Assembly: GCA_950097015.1 (NCBI GenBank)
Contig: CATNEN010000030.1
Coordinates: 4,402,001 to 4,466,000 of the forward strand
Source of the DNA: Macrostomum hystrix
Lineage: Eukaryota > Animalia > Platyhelminthes
Length of the DNA: 64,000 bases
Reading direction: 5' to 3'
The notes beneath the pieces were generated by a model that was not told the origin of the DNA, made no database searches, and saw only the letters and a list, made by a program, of their open reading frames with translations. Below are positions 21,443 to 34,124 of this stretch, piece after piece. The translations under genes were made by a program, and so were the position numbers. Each line of letters begins with the position of its first letter. The first letter of the stretch is position 1.

Positions 21443-24216
21443 GCCGGCCAGCAGTGAGGACCAGCACCTGCCCAAGCAGCTGCAACTTCAGACAATCCTG
21501 GCGGAATTCAGCGACTGCTTTCAAGGCATCGGATGCGTGAAGGGAGTCAGCGTCACTATCAGGCTCAGGCCGGATGCCACTCCAGTCTGCCAGCCGCCAT
21601 CCCGAGTGCCCGTTCACCTAAGGAATGCTGTAATCAAGGAGCTGGAAGATCAACTGGCACTGGGAATCGTCGAACGAGTGCGTGGTCCAACAGCCTGGTG
21701 CTCCAGGATGGTCGCAGTTCCAAAGGCCGAGCAGGGCGAGGTTCGCATCACCCAGGACCTCCGCGAGGTGAACAAGTACGTCATCCCAGAGAAGCAGCCT
21801 ATACCCACATTCGAAGAGGTGACGGACGAGATGGCGGGCGCGACGTATTTCTCGGAGCTGGACGTCGCCAAAGCCTTCCACCAAATTAAAGTCGCCGAGG
21901 AGTCTAGAGACCTGCTAACGTTCTCCTCACCCATCGGGCTCCTGCGGCTGCGCCGGCTCTGCATGGGCTTCACATCCGCCTCCGAGATCCTCCAGCGGGT
22001 GATGACCTCCGTCCTGAGTGGCCTCCCCGGCGTCCGCTGGGTGCACGACGACATCCTGGTGTACGCGAAAAACATTGAAGAGCACAACCAGCGCCTGCGA
22101 GACTGCCTGGCCCGGTTGAAGGCTAGCAACATCACGTTGAACCCCAAGAAGTGCCGCTTCGCTCGACCAGAGGTCGACTTTCTCGCCATGCGGCTCTCTG
22201 CATGCGGCATTCACCCAAGCGCCGAGAAAGTAGCGGCCATCAACAACTTCAAGCGGCCGACCAACGCAACCGAGGTGCGCTCCTTCCTCGGCCTCGTCAC
22301 CTTCGTGGCGCGCTTCATCAGCAACCTGTCTGACAGGGCCCGGCCACTCTGCGAGCTGACAAGGCAGGCCGCCGAGTGGACGTGGGGCGAAAAGCAAGAG
22401 GCCGCATTCAACGACATCAAACAGAATATCGCCAGCAGCCACGCGCTGGCATTCTTCAATAGTGAGCTGCAGACTCAGCTGATCGTGGACGCCAGCCCCA
22501 CGGGTGTCGGCGCCATCCTTGCCCAAGTCCAGCCAGACGGATCGACGCGGCCGGTGGCATACGCGAGCCGCAGCCTCAGCCCGACCGAGCAGCGCTACTC
22601 CCAGACGGAGCGAGAGGCCCTCGCGGTGAAGTACGGCAGCCTGAAGTTCTACCACTACCTCAGCGGGGGTGGCAGTTTCAAGGTCATCACCGACCACAAG
22701 CCGCTGATATCCCTGTTCAGCACGGGGTCTCGGCCGCCACCCCGCATTGAGCGCATGGCGCTGCGACTGCAAGACCTTGTCTTTCGGGTCGTGTACCAGC
22801 CCGGCGCCGGCAACCCGTCTGACGTCCTGAGCCGCCAGCCGCTGCCAATGCCACCAAACAACGTCGGCGAGCAGGCGGACGCGATCTACGTGGCCACGGC
22901 AGTCCAAGCTGCCACTCCGGTGTCCATCAGCCTGGGCACAATCAAGGCGGCCTCCGAACGAGACGGCACGGTACAAGCAGCGCTACACGCCATCCGCGGC
23001 CACCAATGGGACAAGAGTGACACGTGCCTGCAGGGACTCCATGGCGTATCCCACGAACTATCCGAGCTGAACGGCCTGCTGCTGCGCGGCAGTCAGCTGT
23101 ACATGCCGACGACTCTGCGATACCGGTGCATGCAGCTGGCCCACCAGGGACACCAGGGCGTCAAAAAAAACGCTCGACCGCTTGCAAGCGAAGGTCTGGT
23201 GGCCAGGCATGCGAGCATCCGTGGAGGCGCACGTAGCAGCCTGCACCAGCTGCCTGACCTGCACCAGCGAGACCTCGCCGAAAGCCACGCCGCTAAAGCC
23301 GACCGAACTGCCGGAGGGCCCCTGGCTCGAGCTGGGGCTCGACTTCCTCGGACCGATAAACGGCAAGTCGCTGCTCGTCTGTACGGACCACTTCTCCAGG
23401 TTCCCGCTCGTGGAGGTCATGGCCAGCACCACCGCCTCCGCCGTCATCAACGTGCTACGCCGGTGGTTTAGCATCTTCGGGCAGCCGACAAAGGTGACCA
23501 CAGACAATGGCCCACCCTTCGCATCGGCCGAGTTCAGCAGCTTCCTGATGGATCAGGGCGCACGGCACCATCGGATCACGCCTCTCTACCCTCAGGCCAA
23601 CGGCGCAACGGAGCGGTGCAATCAAGGGCTGAACAAGGCTATCCGCGCAGCGATCGTCGAAGGCAGGGACTGGACACTGGCCCTGGACGAGTACCTGGCA
23701 GCGTACAGACGCACTCCGCACTGCTCCACGGGCGTCGCGCCGGCCAGTCTGTTATTTGGCAGGCAGATCAACGATGTGATCCCGAGTCTCCGACACTCGC
23801 AGCCCGTCGACGCGACTCGAGCGGCCATTGCCGACAGCGACAGACAGGCCAAGGAGGCTATGAAGCGGCACGCCGACCGACGCTTCAGAGCCGCCGACCA
23901 CGGCATTCGCGCCGGCGACCGCGTCCTCAGGCGCCAGCAGTCCCGGCAAAAGACCGACGCCTTCTACGAGTCGGCGCCGTGGACCGTGGCCGAGGTGCAA
24001 GGCGACTCCCTGCTCATGCAGCGCGACGACGTCGTCTGCCGCAGGCACGCCACGCAGGTCAAGTGGCTACCCGGGCAGCCTGAGCAGTCCGATCAGCAGC
24101 CGCTCGAACCTCCTGACGCCCCTGAGCTCGCGGAGCCAGTCGCAGCCCGGCTCCACCCCCGGCGGGCGAAGGACCCAGAGAGGAACTACAGAGAACCCGA
24201 CCTGCGCAGAAGCTGA
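21440..24216 (+). CDS. pol: Gypsy pol (RT-RNase H-integrase); frameshifts near 21440 and in the A8 run at ~23163-23170
   Basis: RT WVHDDILVY; RNase H VDASPTGVGA, EREALAV, TDHKPL; integrase HQGHQG, LGLDFLGP, TDNGPPF, PQANGATER. Confidence 0.92.
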
Positions 24217-27144
24217 ATTGCTTGATTGACAGACTAAAGTTACAAGGACTGTTCTAAAAACAATTATATTGTTGCCTGCTACTACTTCTTTCATTTTATT
24301 CCCTATAATTTTTCATCCACTTGAGGAGGACTTTCATGCCGTAGTCTAATAGCACTCACGTATCGCTTTGCCGGTCAATCTAATATGTACATGCATCACT
24401 AACTCTCGCTCACTATGTACATGCCCCCCACGCGCACGTTGATCGTATCGGTTGCACGTTGAGGCAAATATATAAATACTGTCTCGCCCTACTTGGAGGG
24501 CTCACCTTTTTCTTCGCACCTCACACAGCTTGACTCTTGAGCCATTACAAAAATGTCGAAGCTCTCCTCGGTAAAGCGAACCGACGGCACGTCAACTGAC
24601 AACCCTGGGGAAACGCTGGAGGTCATGCTCTCTGCCTTCTTCCCCAACGAGCCAACCAACCCGACCACCTCAGACCACACTGAGGGAGGCCAGATGCTGG
24701 CTTCCTCTATCATCACGGAGGACCGCATCGTTAAAGCGGCCACCTCCGTTAAGCCTTTTAAGGCTCCAGGACCTGATGGCATCGTACCTGCTTTTCTTAG
24801 AGAGGCGGTTAAATGCCCAGGTTTCCTGCGCTCTCTTTGCAGCCTCTATCGAGCCTGCATCACGCTCGGGTACGTCCCGCAGGCATGGACCGAGGCGAAG
24901 GTGATTTTTATCCCGAAGCCAGGCCGCCCGGACTACCAGTCCATTAAATCCTTCAGACCAATCAGCCTAACCACCTTCCTGGTCAAGCTGATGGAGAGAC
25001 TTGTGCTTTGGCGCCTTCTCTCAGTGGAACTGAAGAACGCGCCGCTCAGCGACAACCAGCATGCTTTTCGGGCGGGTCGCTCCACTGAAAGCGCGCTTCA
25101 CGTTATGGTCGACAAATTGGAAAAAGCTGTGCTTGGCACCGGCTTCGCCTTAAGTGTCTTCCTGGACATCGATGGTGCCTTTGACAACGTCCTCTTCGAG
25201 GCGTTCCGCAAAGCCCTTTGTGAGAGACACACTCACTCGTCCCTCACCAGATGGATCATGTATATGATCAGTCATCGCACGGTCACTGCCAACCTGCTGG
25301 GCCACCAACGGACGGTCCCCGTCCGCAAAGGGAGCCCGCAGGGAGGGGTTCTCTCTCCTATTCTCTGGAACATGGTCATTGACGAACTCCTCCGAGACGC
25401 TCGTCCTGACCCAATCCTGAAGGTGGGTTATGCGGACGATGTCACAGCTGATCCCGATGGCCCATCCCCTGATACTCTCAGGGACCTACTTCAGAATTTC
25501 ATCCGCTCTGCTGAACAATGGGCGGGTCGCTGTGGTCTGAAGCTCTCTGAGACCAAGACTGCAGTGATCATGTTCACCAGCAGAAACAAATGGCAGATAC
25601 AGCCGCTTAGGCTTTACGGTAAGGAAAAGGATCACCCTGGACCATAGGCTGAACTGGTCTCCCAATGTTCAAACCAAAACCAAGAGGGCCCTCGCGATCC
25701 TCGCGCAGCTGCGAAGGGCCGTCGGCACCACCTGGGGGCTCACCCCCAAGCGCCTCTGGTGGATCTATACTGCAATTGTCAGGCCAGCTGTCTCGTACGG
25801 CAGCTTGATCTGGGCTAGCGCCCTGCAGATAAAGACCTGCCTGGAGGCACTTAGGAAAACGCAAGGGCGCGCCTGTCGCATGACCATGAGTGCCCCACAG
25901 TCGGCTCCTTACGACGGCCTCAATGCCTTCCTCGACGCTCCCCGTTGGACATTTTTGTCCGCAGGGAAGCCGCTAAAACAGCGCGTCGGCTCATTGACGC
26001 CGGCGTCCGCTTCACGCCGCAGAGAGCAATGGCAAAGCGCAAACTTCTGCCTCACACCGATCTGTGCCTTCGAGACTTGGAAGATAGCGGCGGACTCCAC
26101 GTCTTATCTGACGGCGAACCACGCACTCTCAATCTCACCCAACGCTACAAAATCATCATCCCCTCGAGGGAAGACGCTAACGACCACTGGAACCACCAGG
26201 AGGTCCACTGCTATACGGACGGATCCCTTAAAGACGGCCTTGCCAGGCTTTGGGGTCTGCATCCTGATCAATGGCCGCGTCGTCGCCACGCTTGCCCAAC
26301 ATACTGTGAGACTTTCTACGGTCTTCCAGAATGAAATCCTTGCCATCAGCTCCTGTGCCGCAGAGCTGAATGCCAGGAATACGAGAGGAGAGACTATCAT
26401 CATCCACTCTGACAGCGAAGCGGCCTTACAAGCCCTTTGCCGCACCACGTGCTCCCGGACAGTCGCTGACTGTGCCCGGCAACTCAACCTCCTGGCCCGT
26501 AACAACACGGTCAGGCTGAGCTGGATCCCAGGGCATGCGGGCTTCCCAGGGAACGAGCTTGCGGATACCCTTGCCAAGCAAGGTGGCTCTGGCTCTCTCC
26601 TTGGCCCTGCTCCCCTGGTCCCGATCCCCATCACGGTCCTCAACCGCCTCATTGATGACTGGGCTGAGTCCCTCCACAGGGACAGATGGGCGGGCACCCA
26701 GAACTGTCGGCAATCCCGTGCCGCAGTTCCGCGCCCGTCTCGCAGGCTTAGGAACATCCTTTTGAATCAAAGCGGATATCCGCGCCCTCGCCATGACCCT
26801 CACGGGCCACGGCTACCTCGCTAGGCACTGTTTCCTCCGGGGCGACCTTGAGAGTGAAATCTGCCCATTCTGTGAGTACGACAGCGAAGATGCTGAGCAC
26901 TTTGTGTGTCACTGCCCTTTCTTTAACAGAGACCGGCTACGCTACCTCGGGCCCAACCCGTCTATGGACGAGATCTGCCAGCCCGACAGCATTCCACGGC
27001 TCGTCCAGTTCCTCCGGGCAACAAGACGAGCCACGTTCTTCCCTACGGAAGACAACGCTGCAGGACGGACCGGCGGACCACCCTGACCGGCCCCGCGCCC
27101 TTGCCTGTCTGCGGGCCTACAGGGGTTAGCGGCATGGGCGATCC

Positions 27145-30100
27145 TCACCATCAAGAACATCAACGACCACAGGCACAAAGGCACAAACCTTAATTTCTGC
27201 AATGCCAGAAGCACCCCAACTTTCGACAATGGCCGTTGGTCAGAGGTCCTCGATGTGCACCCTCGTCTCCCCGGGCGTCCTCGCCAGGATATCCGGCTGG
27301 AGAGTGTGGGGAGAAGAGGAGTCCCTCTCAGACCATCGCCTCATCCGCTTCGAGGTCGTAAATGCTACCCCGAAGAGAACTATCACCTGGAGCAGGAACA
27401 TCCGAAACACCGACTGGACCAGGTTCGGCCTTGAGCTGAGCATGGGTCTGCGTGACATCGGCACCCCAGGTGACATCACAAACTGCAACATAGCTGACTA
27501 GATAGCCTCCAAGCTTGGAGGCACGGTCATCGATGCCTATGAGGCGGCCTGTCCCCTCAAAGCCTATAAAGGCAAGAAATCTGCCATCTGGTGGAACCCC
27601 GAGCCCGGAATCCTGAGACGACGAGCAAAGGCTCTGCAGAGGATATTTCTAAAAACCAGGACCCCTGAAGACAGAGAAGCCTATGTTCATGCCAGTCATG
27701 AGTTCAAGGGCCAGGTCAGAAGGGCAAAAGCGGCCAAGTGGCGCCAATACTGCGAAGGGCTTGAGGGCTCCCGCCCCACTGCCGACGTGGTAAAAGCGCT
27801 CACTTAAGACAGCTTCTCCAAACTAAACGCTCTAGCTCATGCTCGGGCATTTCTTCCCCAGCATCCAGACAGCGCAGGGCCAGCCAGACCACACTGTGGG
27901 CGGGCAAGACCTAGCAAAGTCTCTCGTCACCAAATACCGCATCATACGTGCGGCAAATTTCTTTAATCCGTACAAAGCACCGGGCCCGGACGGCATCTAC
28001 CCGGTCCTACCCCTCCTTCATCTACGGCATCTACCCTCCTTCCTGAAGCTGCTTGAGAGACTGGTGCTCTGGCGCCTTCTCTCTGGGGAGCTCAAGCGTT
28101 TCCCTCTCTCTCAGAACCAGCACGCTTTTAGGGCTGGCAGGTCCACTGAGAGCGCCCTCCACTCCATCGTGGAAAAGCTGGAACGGGCTGTGCTGGGTAA
28201 CAGCTTCGCCCTTTCCTTTTTCATCGACATCGAGGGGGCCTTCGATAACGTCCGTTTCGAAACGTTTCGTAGAGCCCTTAAATCTAGGGCCACGCACCCC
28301 CACCTTTTCCGCTGGATCATGTACATGATCCAGCACCGCTCTGTGATGGCCAACCTCAATGGGCTCTCGCTTTCAGCGCCAGTCCAGAAAGGGGGCCCGC
28401 AGGGCGGGATTCTTACTCCTCTCCTTTGGAATCTTGTCATGGATGAGCTGCTTGAGGATGCTCAGCCAGATCCGGTCCAAAAAGTGGGATACGCTGACGA
28501 TGTGACCGCCACCTGCGCGGGACCTTCAGCGGACACCACTAGGGACCTCATCCAGGGTTCCATCAACAGAGCTGAAAGCTGGGCGACCCGCTGCGGGCTC
28601 AGACTCTCCGAGTCCAAGACCGTGGCGATCATGTTTACCAGCAAGCTGCGTTGGACCATGAAACCCCTCACTCTCTACGGCAAGGACATGCCTTGGTCTG
28701 ATCTTGGACCATATGCTAAACTGGAGTCACCACCTCCGCTTCAAAACCAAGAGGGCCTTGGCGATACTGGCGTAAGTTAGGCGAGCCGTTGGGAACACTT
28801 GGGGCCTCACCCCCCAGATGCTCTGGTGGATCTACACAACGATCATCAGACCTTCGATCTCGTACGCCAGCCTCATCTGGGCTAGCGCCACGAGTACCCA
28901 GGGAAACCTGGATGCGCTTTACAGGGTGCAGGGCAGAGCCTGTCGCATGACCATGGGCGCCTCACCCTCCACTCCCTTCAAAGGCATGAACGCCTTCCTG
29001 GGAGCCACTCCTTTGGACATCTTCGTCAAGGGAGAAGCCGCGAAGAGCACCATATAGGCACCTTATGGATGCCGGCGTGACTTTCAATTTCTCGAGAGCC
29101 TTCAAAAAGCGCTCTCTCACTCCCCACTCCGATCTGTGCCTGAAGATTCTGGTGAGTGCGAGTGCAACATCCTCTCCGATGCAATACCCGCCACTCTGAT
29201 CCTGAGCCACAGGTACAAGGTCGAAATTCAGCCTTGCCAGGAGGCAAACGACAGCTGGACCGACCCTGAAATCCACTGTTATACCGACGGCTCCCTGATG
29301 AACGGAATCTCGGGATTCTGTATCTACCCTGTAGGAGTCTGTATCTACAATGGAGGAGAGGTCACCTGGACTCACTCCCAGCACACTGGGAAAAACTCCA
29401 GCGTTTTCAGAACGAGATGTTCGCTATCAGTTCATGTGCAGCAGAGTTGCACCAGAGGGGGCTCACTGACCGGAAGATCATTTTCCACTCCGACAGTCAA
29501 GCCGCCCTCCGGGCCCTCGACCGTGCTCTAAGACCACCTTGGACTGCAACGCCCAGCTCAACGGGCTGGCACGGGCCAACGAGGTCAAGCTCAAATGGAT
29601 CCCAGGTCACGCTGGCTTCCCAGGGAATGAGATGGCGGACCAGCTCACAAAAGCTGGAGCAGCCAGCACCCTGGCGGGGCCAGGGCCTGGCGCTCCTATC
29701 CCCGTCACTGTGACCAACCTCAAGCTGAAGCGCTGGATGGAGGCCCAGCACCTGGACAGATGGACCAAGACCCAGAAATGCAAGCAGTCCAGGGCAGCGG
29801 TCCCATGTCCGTCTCACCGCCTGCACAAAGCCCTCTTAAAGCTGAACCGCAGAGATCTCCGCGCAGTAAGCATGGCCCTCTCAGGGCATGGCTGTTTTTC
29901 TCGGCATCGATATCTCCAGGGCCAGCTCCGGAGGACAAATGCACCTTTTGTAGCTCGGGCAGCGAAAATGCCGAGCACTTCATCAGTTTTCACCAGGGCA
30001 AAGCTACCTTAGGCCTAACCCAACTCTCTCCGATTTGCAGGCCCGAGAGCATCCCTCAGCTTGCCCGGTACCTACGGGATACGGGGCGAGCCAACGTCTT

Positions 30101-30275
30101 CCCCACCGACAGTGCGGAGGACCACGCTGCAGGCGAGTCCGACGGGCCACCCTGAGCAACACCACCTCTCCTGAGGTCGTCTGGTTTGCGAGGGGTTAGC
30201 GGAATGGGCGGTCCCCTCCGCCTCCTCGCTGCGTCCGCCGGTACGGAGCACCCTGCAGCTAAGTCAGTAAGTCAA
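27145..30275 (+). mobile_element. 5'-truncated degenerate non-LTR retrotransposon B (same superfamily as A, different subfamily)
   Basis: Starts inside APE (TPTFDNGRWSEVLD), RT (PQGGILTP, YADD), RNase H (YTDGS, WIPGHAG); ends in a TAAGTCAGTAAGTCAA tail abutting the TSD GAGCGTTTGATT (30276-30287). Confidence 0.88.
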
Positions 30276-30287
30276 GAGCGTTTGATT

Positions 30288-33200
30288 TATAGGTGTATTA
30301 GTCGCTGATTAAAGTATCATGCATGTAAAATAGTTCATACACATGTCAGCAGTTTTGGCTTGTACAAATGGCAGCAATTATTAATTGTTATTTTTGTTAT
30401 TTTATTCACACATACCTAAAAATTAAATTGCAATAAGTATAGCTATAGTCTTTGTGACCCTCCTGCACTATGGGGATCAGGACCCGGTCGCTGATGGATG
30501 TGTGGCAACCCTGCATGATGGAGATCAGGACCCGGTCGCTGATGGATGTGTGGCAACCCTGCATGATGGAGATCAGGACCCGGTCGCTGATGGATGTGTG
30601 GCAACCCTGCATGATGGAGATCAGGACCCGGTCGCTGATGGATGTGTGGCAACCCTGCATGATGGGGATCAGGACCCGGTCGCTGATGGATGTGTGGCAA
30701 CCCTGCATGATGGGGATCAGGACCCGGTCGCTGATGAATGTGTGGCAACCCATCTCGATGGGGATCAGTTGCGAGGATTCTGTTTGGGATCTTGCCATGA
30801 AGATAGTTCAGAAACCATAAAAGAACCAAACAATTTGACAGGCAACTGAACCGCTGAAGAGTACAGCTGCTAACACTGAAAGATGAGAATTTGTTGTAGA
30901 AATTGTTTGAAACGTACGCCTTACAGGAGAATAATATAAGTATGCGCATCGTTTAATGGCTTTCAAATAGCTAGTATATTTATCATAAAAATAGGGCATC
31001 AAACTGCGAAATGCTTAAGGTTTGGTGTACTCAGTGTAAAATAGCGAAAATACTGTCGAATGACAAGAGTGTTTCTCAAGATATGTAATTATCAGCCTTA
31101 CGCGCTGACTAGCGAAATATTATAATAAAAAAAACTGACAGTCAACGTCAACCCTGGCTGTACTTTTGTAGTCTGAGCAGTCATAGCTCTGAAATATCCG
31201 TCAGAGCACAGGATCAAGGGCTCCGAAAATGTGCATCTCGAATGTGCACCGAAAATTGACTCAGGACAAGTCGAACAGGATGTGCTTATAGAAACTTCCA
31301 GCGAGAGCCACATGTTCCTGAAAGGAAACATAGGTAATAGGATGTTGTACCTTTTTATTTTTTAATTTAGACAAAACAGCCAATTTTTCAAAAGCAGGGG
31401 GAATGAAAGAGGTGCTGGGAAGAGGGAGGGGACTATCAAGGACGGCGGGAGGAATGCCAAGGAGGATAGGAGAGGGGACTGTCAAGGCCAGGGAGGATAA
31501 GGGAGGGGACTGTCAAGGATGGCAGGAGGAATGCCATGGAGGATGGGGAGGGGACTATTAAGGATGGCGGAAGGAATGCCATGGAGGATGGGAAGGGGAC
31601 TGTCAAGGATGGCATGAGGAATGCCATGGAGGATGGGGAGGGGACTGTCAAGGATGGTGGGAGGAATGCCATGGAGGATGGGGAGGGGACTGTCAAGGAT
31701 GGCGGAAGGAATGCCATGGAGGATGGGGAGGGGACTGTCAAGGATGGCAGGAGGAATGCCATGGAGGATGGGGAGGGGACTGTCAAGGATGGCAGGAGTA
31801 ATGCCATGGAGGATGGGGAGGGGACTATTAAGGATGGCGGAAGGAATGCCAAGGAGGATGGGAGAGGGGACTGTCAAGGCCAGGGAGGATAAGGGAGGGG
31901 ACTGTCAAGGATGGCAGGAGGAATGCCATGGAGGATGGGGAGGGGACTATTAAGGATGGCGGAAGGAATGCCAAGGAGGATGGGAGAGGGGACTATTAAG
32001 GATGGCGGAAGGAATGCCATGGAGGATGGGAAGGGGACTGTCAAGGATGGCATGAGGAATCCCATGGAGGATGGGGAGGGGACTGTCAAGGATGGCAGGA
32101 GGAATGCCATGGAGGATGGGGGAGGGGACTATCAAGGAACAGAGAGTGTTAGAGGAGCTGTGGTAGAGGAGCATGGGTAGAGTAGAAGGGCCAGTAGAGG
32201 AACAGGGGTTAGAGGAGCAGGGGTTGAGGTGCTGGGGTAGAGGAGCAGGGGTTAGAGGAGCAGGGGTTAGAGGTGCAGGGGTAGAGAGGCAGGGCCAGTA
32301 GAGGAGCAAGGTGTAGAAGAGTAGGGTAGAGGTGCAGGGGTAAAGAGGCAGGGCCAGTAGAGGAGCAAGGTGTAGAAGAGTAGGGTAGAGGTGCAGGGGT
32401 AGAGAGGCAGGGCCAGTAGAGGAGCAAGGTGTAGAAGAGTAGGGTAGAGGTGCAGGGGTAGAGAGGCAGGGCCAGTAGAGGAGCAAGGTGTAGAAGAGTA
32501 GGGTAGAGGTGCAGGGGTAGAGAGGCAGGGCCAGTAGAGGAGCAAGGTGTAGAAGAGTAGGGTAGAGGTGCAGGGGTAGAGAGGCAGGGCCAGTAGAGGA
32601 GCAAGGTGTAGAAGAGTAGGGTAGAGGTGCAGGGGTAGAGAGGCAGGGCCAGTAGAGGAGCAAGGTGTAGAAGAGTAGGGTAGAGGAGCAGGGGGGTAAA
32701 GAAGCAGTTGGTAGAGAAACAGTGGGTGGAGGAGGAGTTGATAGGGGAACAGGGGTAGTAGAGCAGTTGATAAAGGAACAGGTAGCAGGATGAAGAGTAG
32801 CAAGGGTAGTAAATGAGCCAGAGGAACAGGAGCAATGAATAGGAGAAAAGGAATGGAAAAGAAACAAAAAAGTATATATATTTATATAATATATAGAAAC
32901 AAACATATTTGTCATTAGTTATTATTCCTAAGAAAAATTTTTTGGCAATAATCTAGCTGTCTATGAGCCTATATATATTTGAATATATCTAAGCCATATA
33001 AGAATTAATAAATTATTGAATTATTATTTCATGGTTAAAAAATAAATATGATAATAAAATTTAAATATGTCAGCTTCTAATAAACTATAAATTTTACTTG
33101 TGTTGCTGTTTAGCAATAAATATTAATAATAGTACTCATAATAGTAGCTATCACACTATTAGCTTAGGCTTGGGGCTGTGCCTGTTCTTTAACAAGCCTA

Positions 33201-34124
33201 GCTAGGAAAACATTCTAAATAGCTAATGTCTAGCAGAACATGCTTTTTAGCTAGATTTTTGCTAGAAGCTAGCTATATTTGCTAGCTAAACTTTCTACTA
33301 TGGTCTGAGCCATGGGGTCTGTTTATAACTATGGCTATAGGCCTATAGCCATCCATTCATATCTAGCTAGGCATAGGTAGGCCAACATTCAATAGCTAGC
33401 AAATTATAATTAGCAATAATAGGCCTATAGGAAACAATAATATACAAATAAATTGTAAAGACACTGTATCGAATCGATTGTATTGATCCTGGTAACTCTA
33501 TAAAAGAGTCAGTCATTGAAACGATATCTAACAGCATTGATTATATTATATTTAAGCACGTACATTTGTGCCCCATATTAAAGCATTGCATTGACTTTGA
33601 AAGCTAAAGCTGCGCGTATCGCTACGCCGCTGCGCGCAGAGAACCGCTTTGAAGGCTCGTGTTGTAACACAGAATTGGCTTTACAGAGTGTAACACGAGT
33701 GGGTACCGTAGGCCTACGAATAGCCAACTTCTAATTTCTTCCAGCATGTGTATTGATTTCGAATTCGCGCCAGCTTTGTTTTAAAAGTAATATTTCAACA
33801 GGCTATTTCATGAAGCCAAAGGCATATAAAACGACTCTAAGATGCAAAAAGGATCGCGCAAAGGCATGTAAACTTAAAATATAACACCGCTTTTCATGCG
33901 CAATAACGCGCAAAATATAATTTACATTTATCTGATTCACCGCCGATTCACCGCCTATAATAAAACAAAAAATCGCTCTTTTGCCGTCCCGACGAAACGC
34001 GCAGTGCTAGAAATTTAGGCGCATCTCTAAATTAACTTGCGCCATCGATTTTATACAGTTTTGGCTGTTGAAAATTTATTTAAAAAATCGGTGAAATCCA
34101 GTGGCGGTGAAATCAGTACTTAGT
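30288..34124 (-). repeat. Right inverted arm of foldback (main part, 3837 bp)
   Basis: Reverse complement of the left arm. Confidence 0.95.

Larger units (their letters stand above)
20010..24549 (+). mobile_element. Ty3/Gypsy LTR retrotransposon (Mag-like), near-intact
   Basis: 218-bp LTRs at 20010-20227 and 24332-24549 with 2 differences; 5-bp TSD AAAAT; PBS TGGCGTCCATGG; purine tract GAGGAGGA before the 3' LTR; domain order PR-RT-RNaseH-INT. Confidence 0.97.
17785..27144 (+). mobile_element. Degenerate non-LTR retrotransposon A (I-group, Loa/Lian-like; ORF1-APE-RT-RNaseH-CCHC), interrupted by a Gypsy element
   Basis: APE (GDINTHH, SDHKLI; 18968-19936), RT (PQGGVLSP, YADD; 24553-25647), RNase H (YTDGS, HSDS, WIPGHAG, GNELAD), C-terminal CPFC..HFVCHC; premature TGA at 19934-19936, frameshifts, small deletions. 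Clade call from recalled motif similarity. Confidence 0.88.
12662..34124. mobile_element. Giant non-autonomous foldback (long-TIR) DNA element with nested retroelements
   Basis: Termini ACTAAGTACTGATTTCACCGCC / GGCGGTGAAATCAGTACTTAGT; flanking direct repeat ATTGAGGAT at 12653-12661 and 34125-34133; arms are reverse complements over kilobases. Confidence 0.93.

Noticed and set aside
20246-24083. Antisense and alternate-frame ORFs over the Gypsy and LINEs (e.g. 20290..21417-, 21927..22976-)
   Set aside because: Shadows of GC-rich coding sequence with no independent motifs
12662-34124. Classification as Polinton, CACTA or Helitron, or as an assembly palindrome
   Set aside because: No polB/integrase/capsid or Rep-Hel genes; termini and TSD do not fit (6-bp AG..CT; 2-3-bp CACTA; none). 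A TSD, unequal VNTR copy numbers and point differences argue against a mirror artefact
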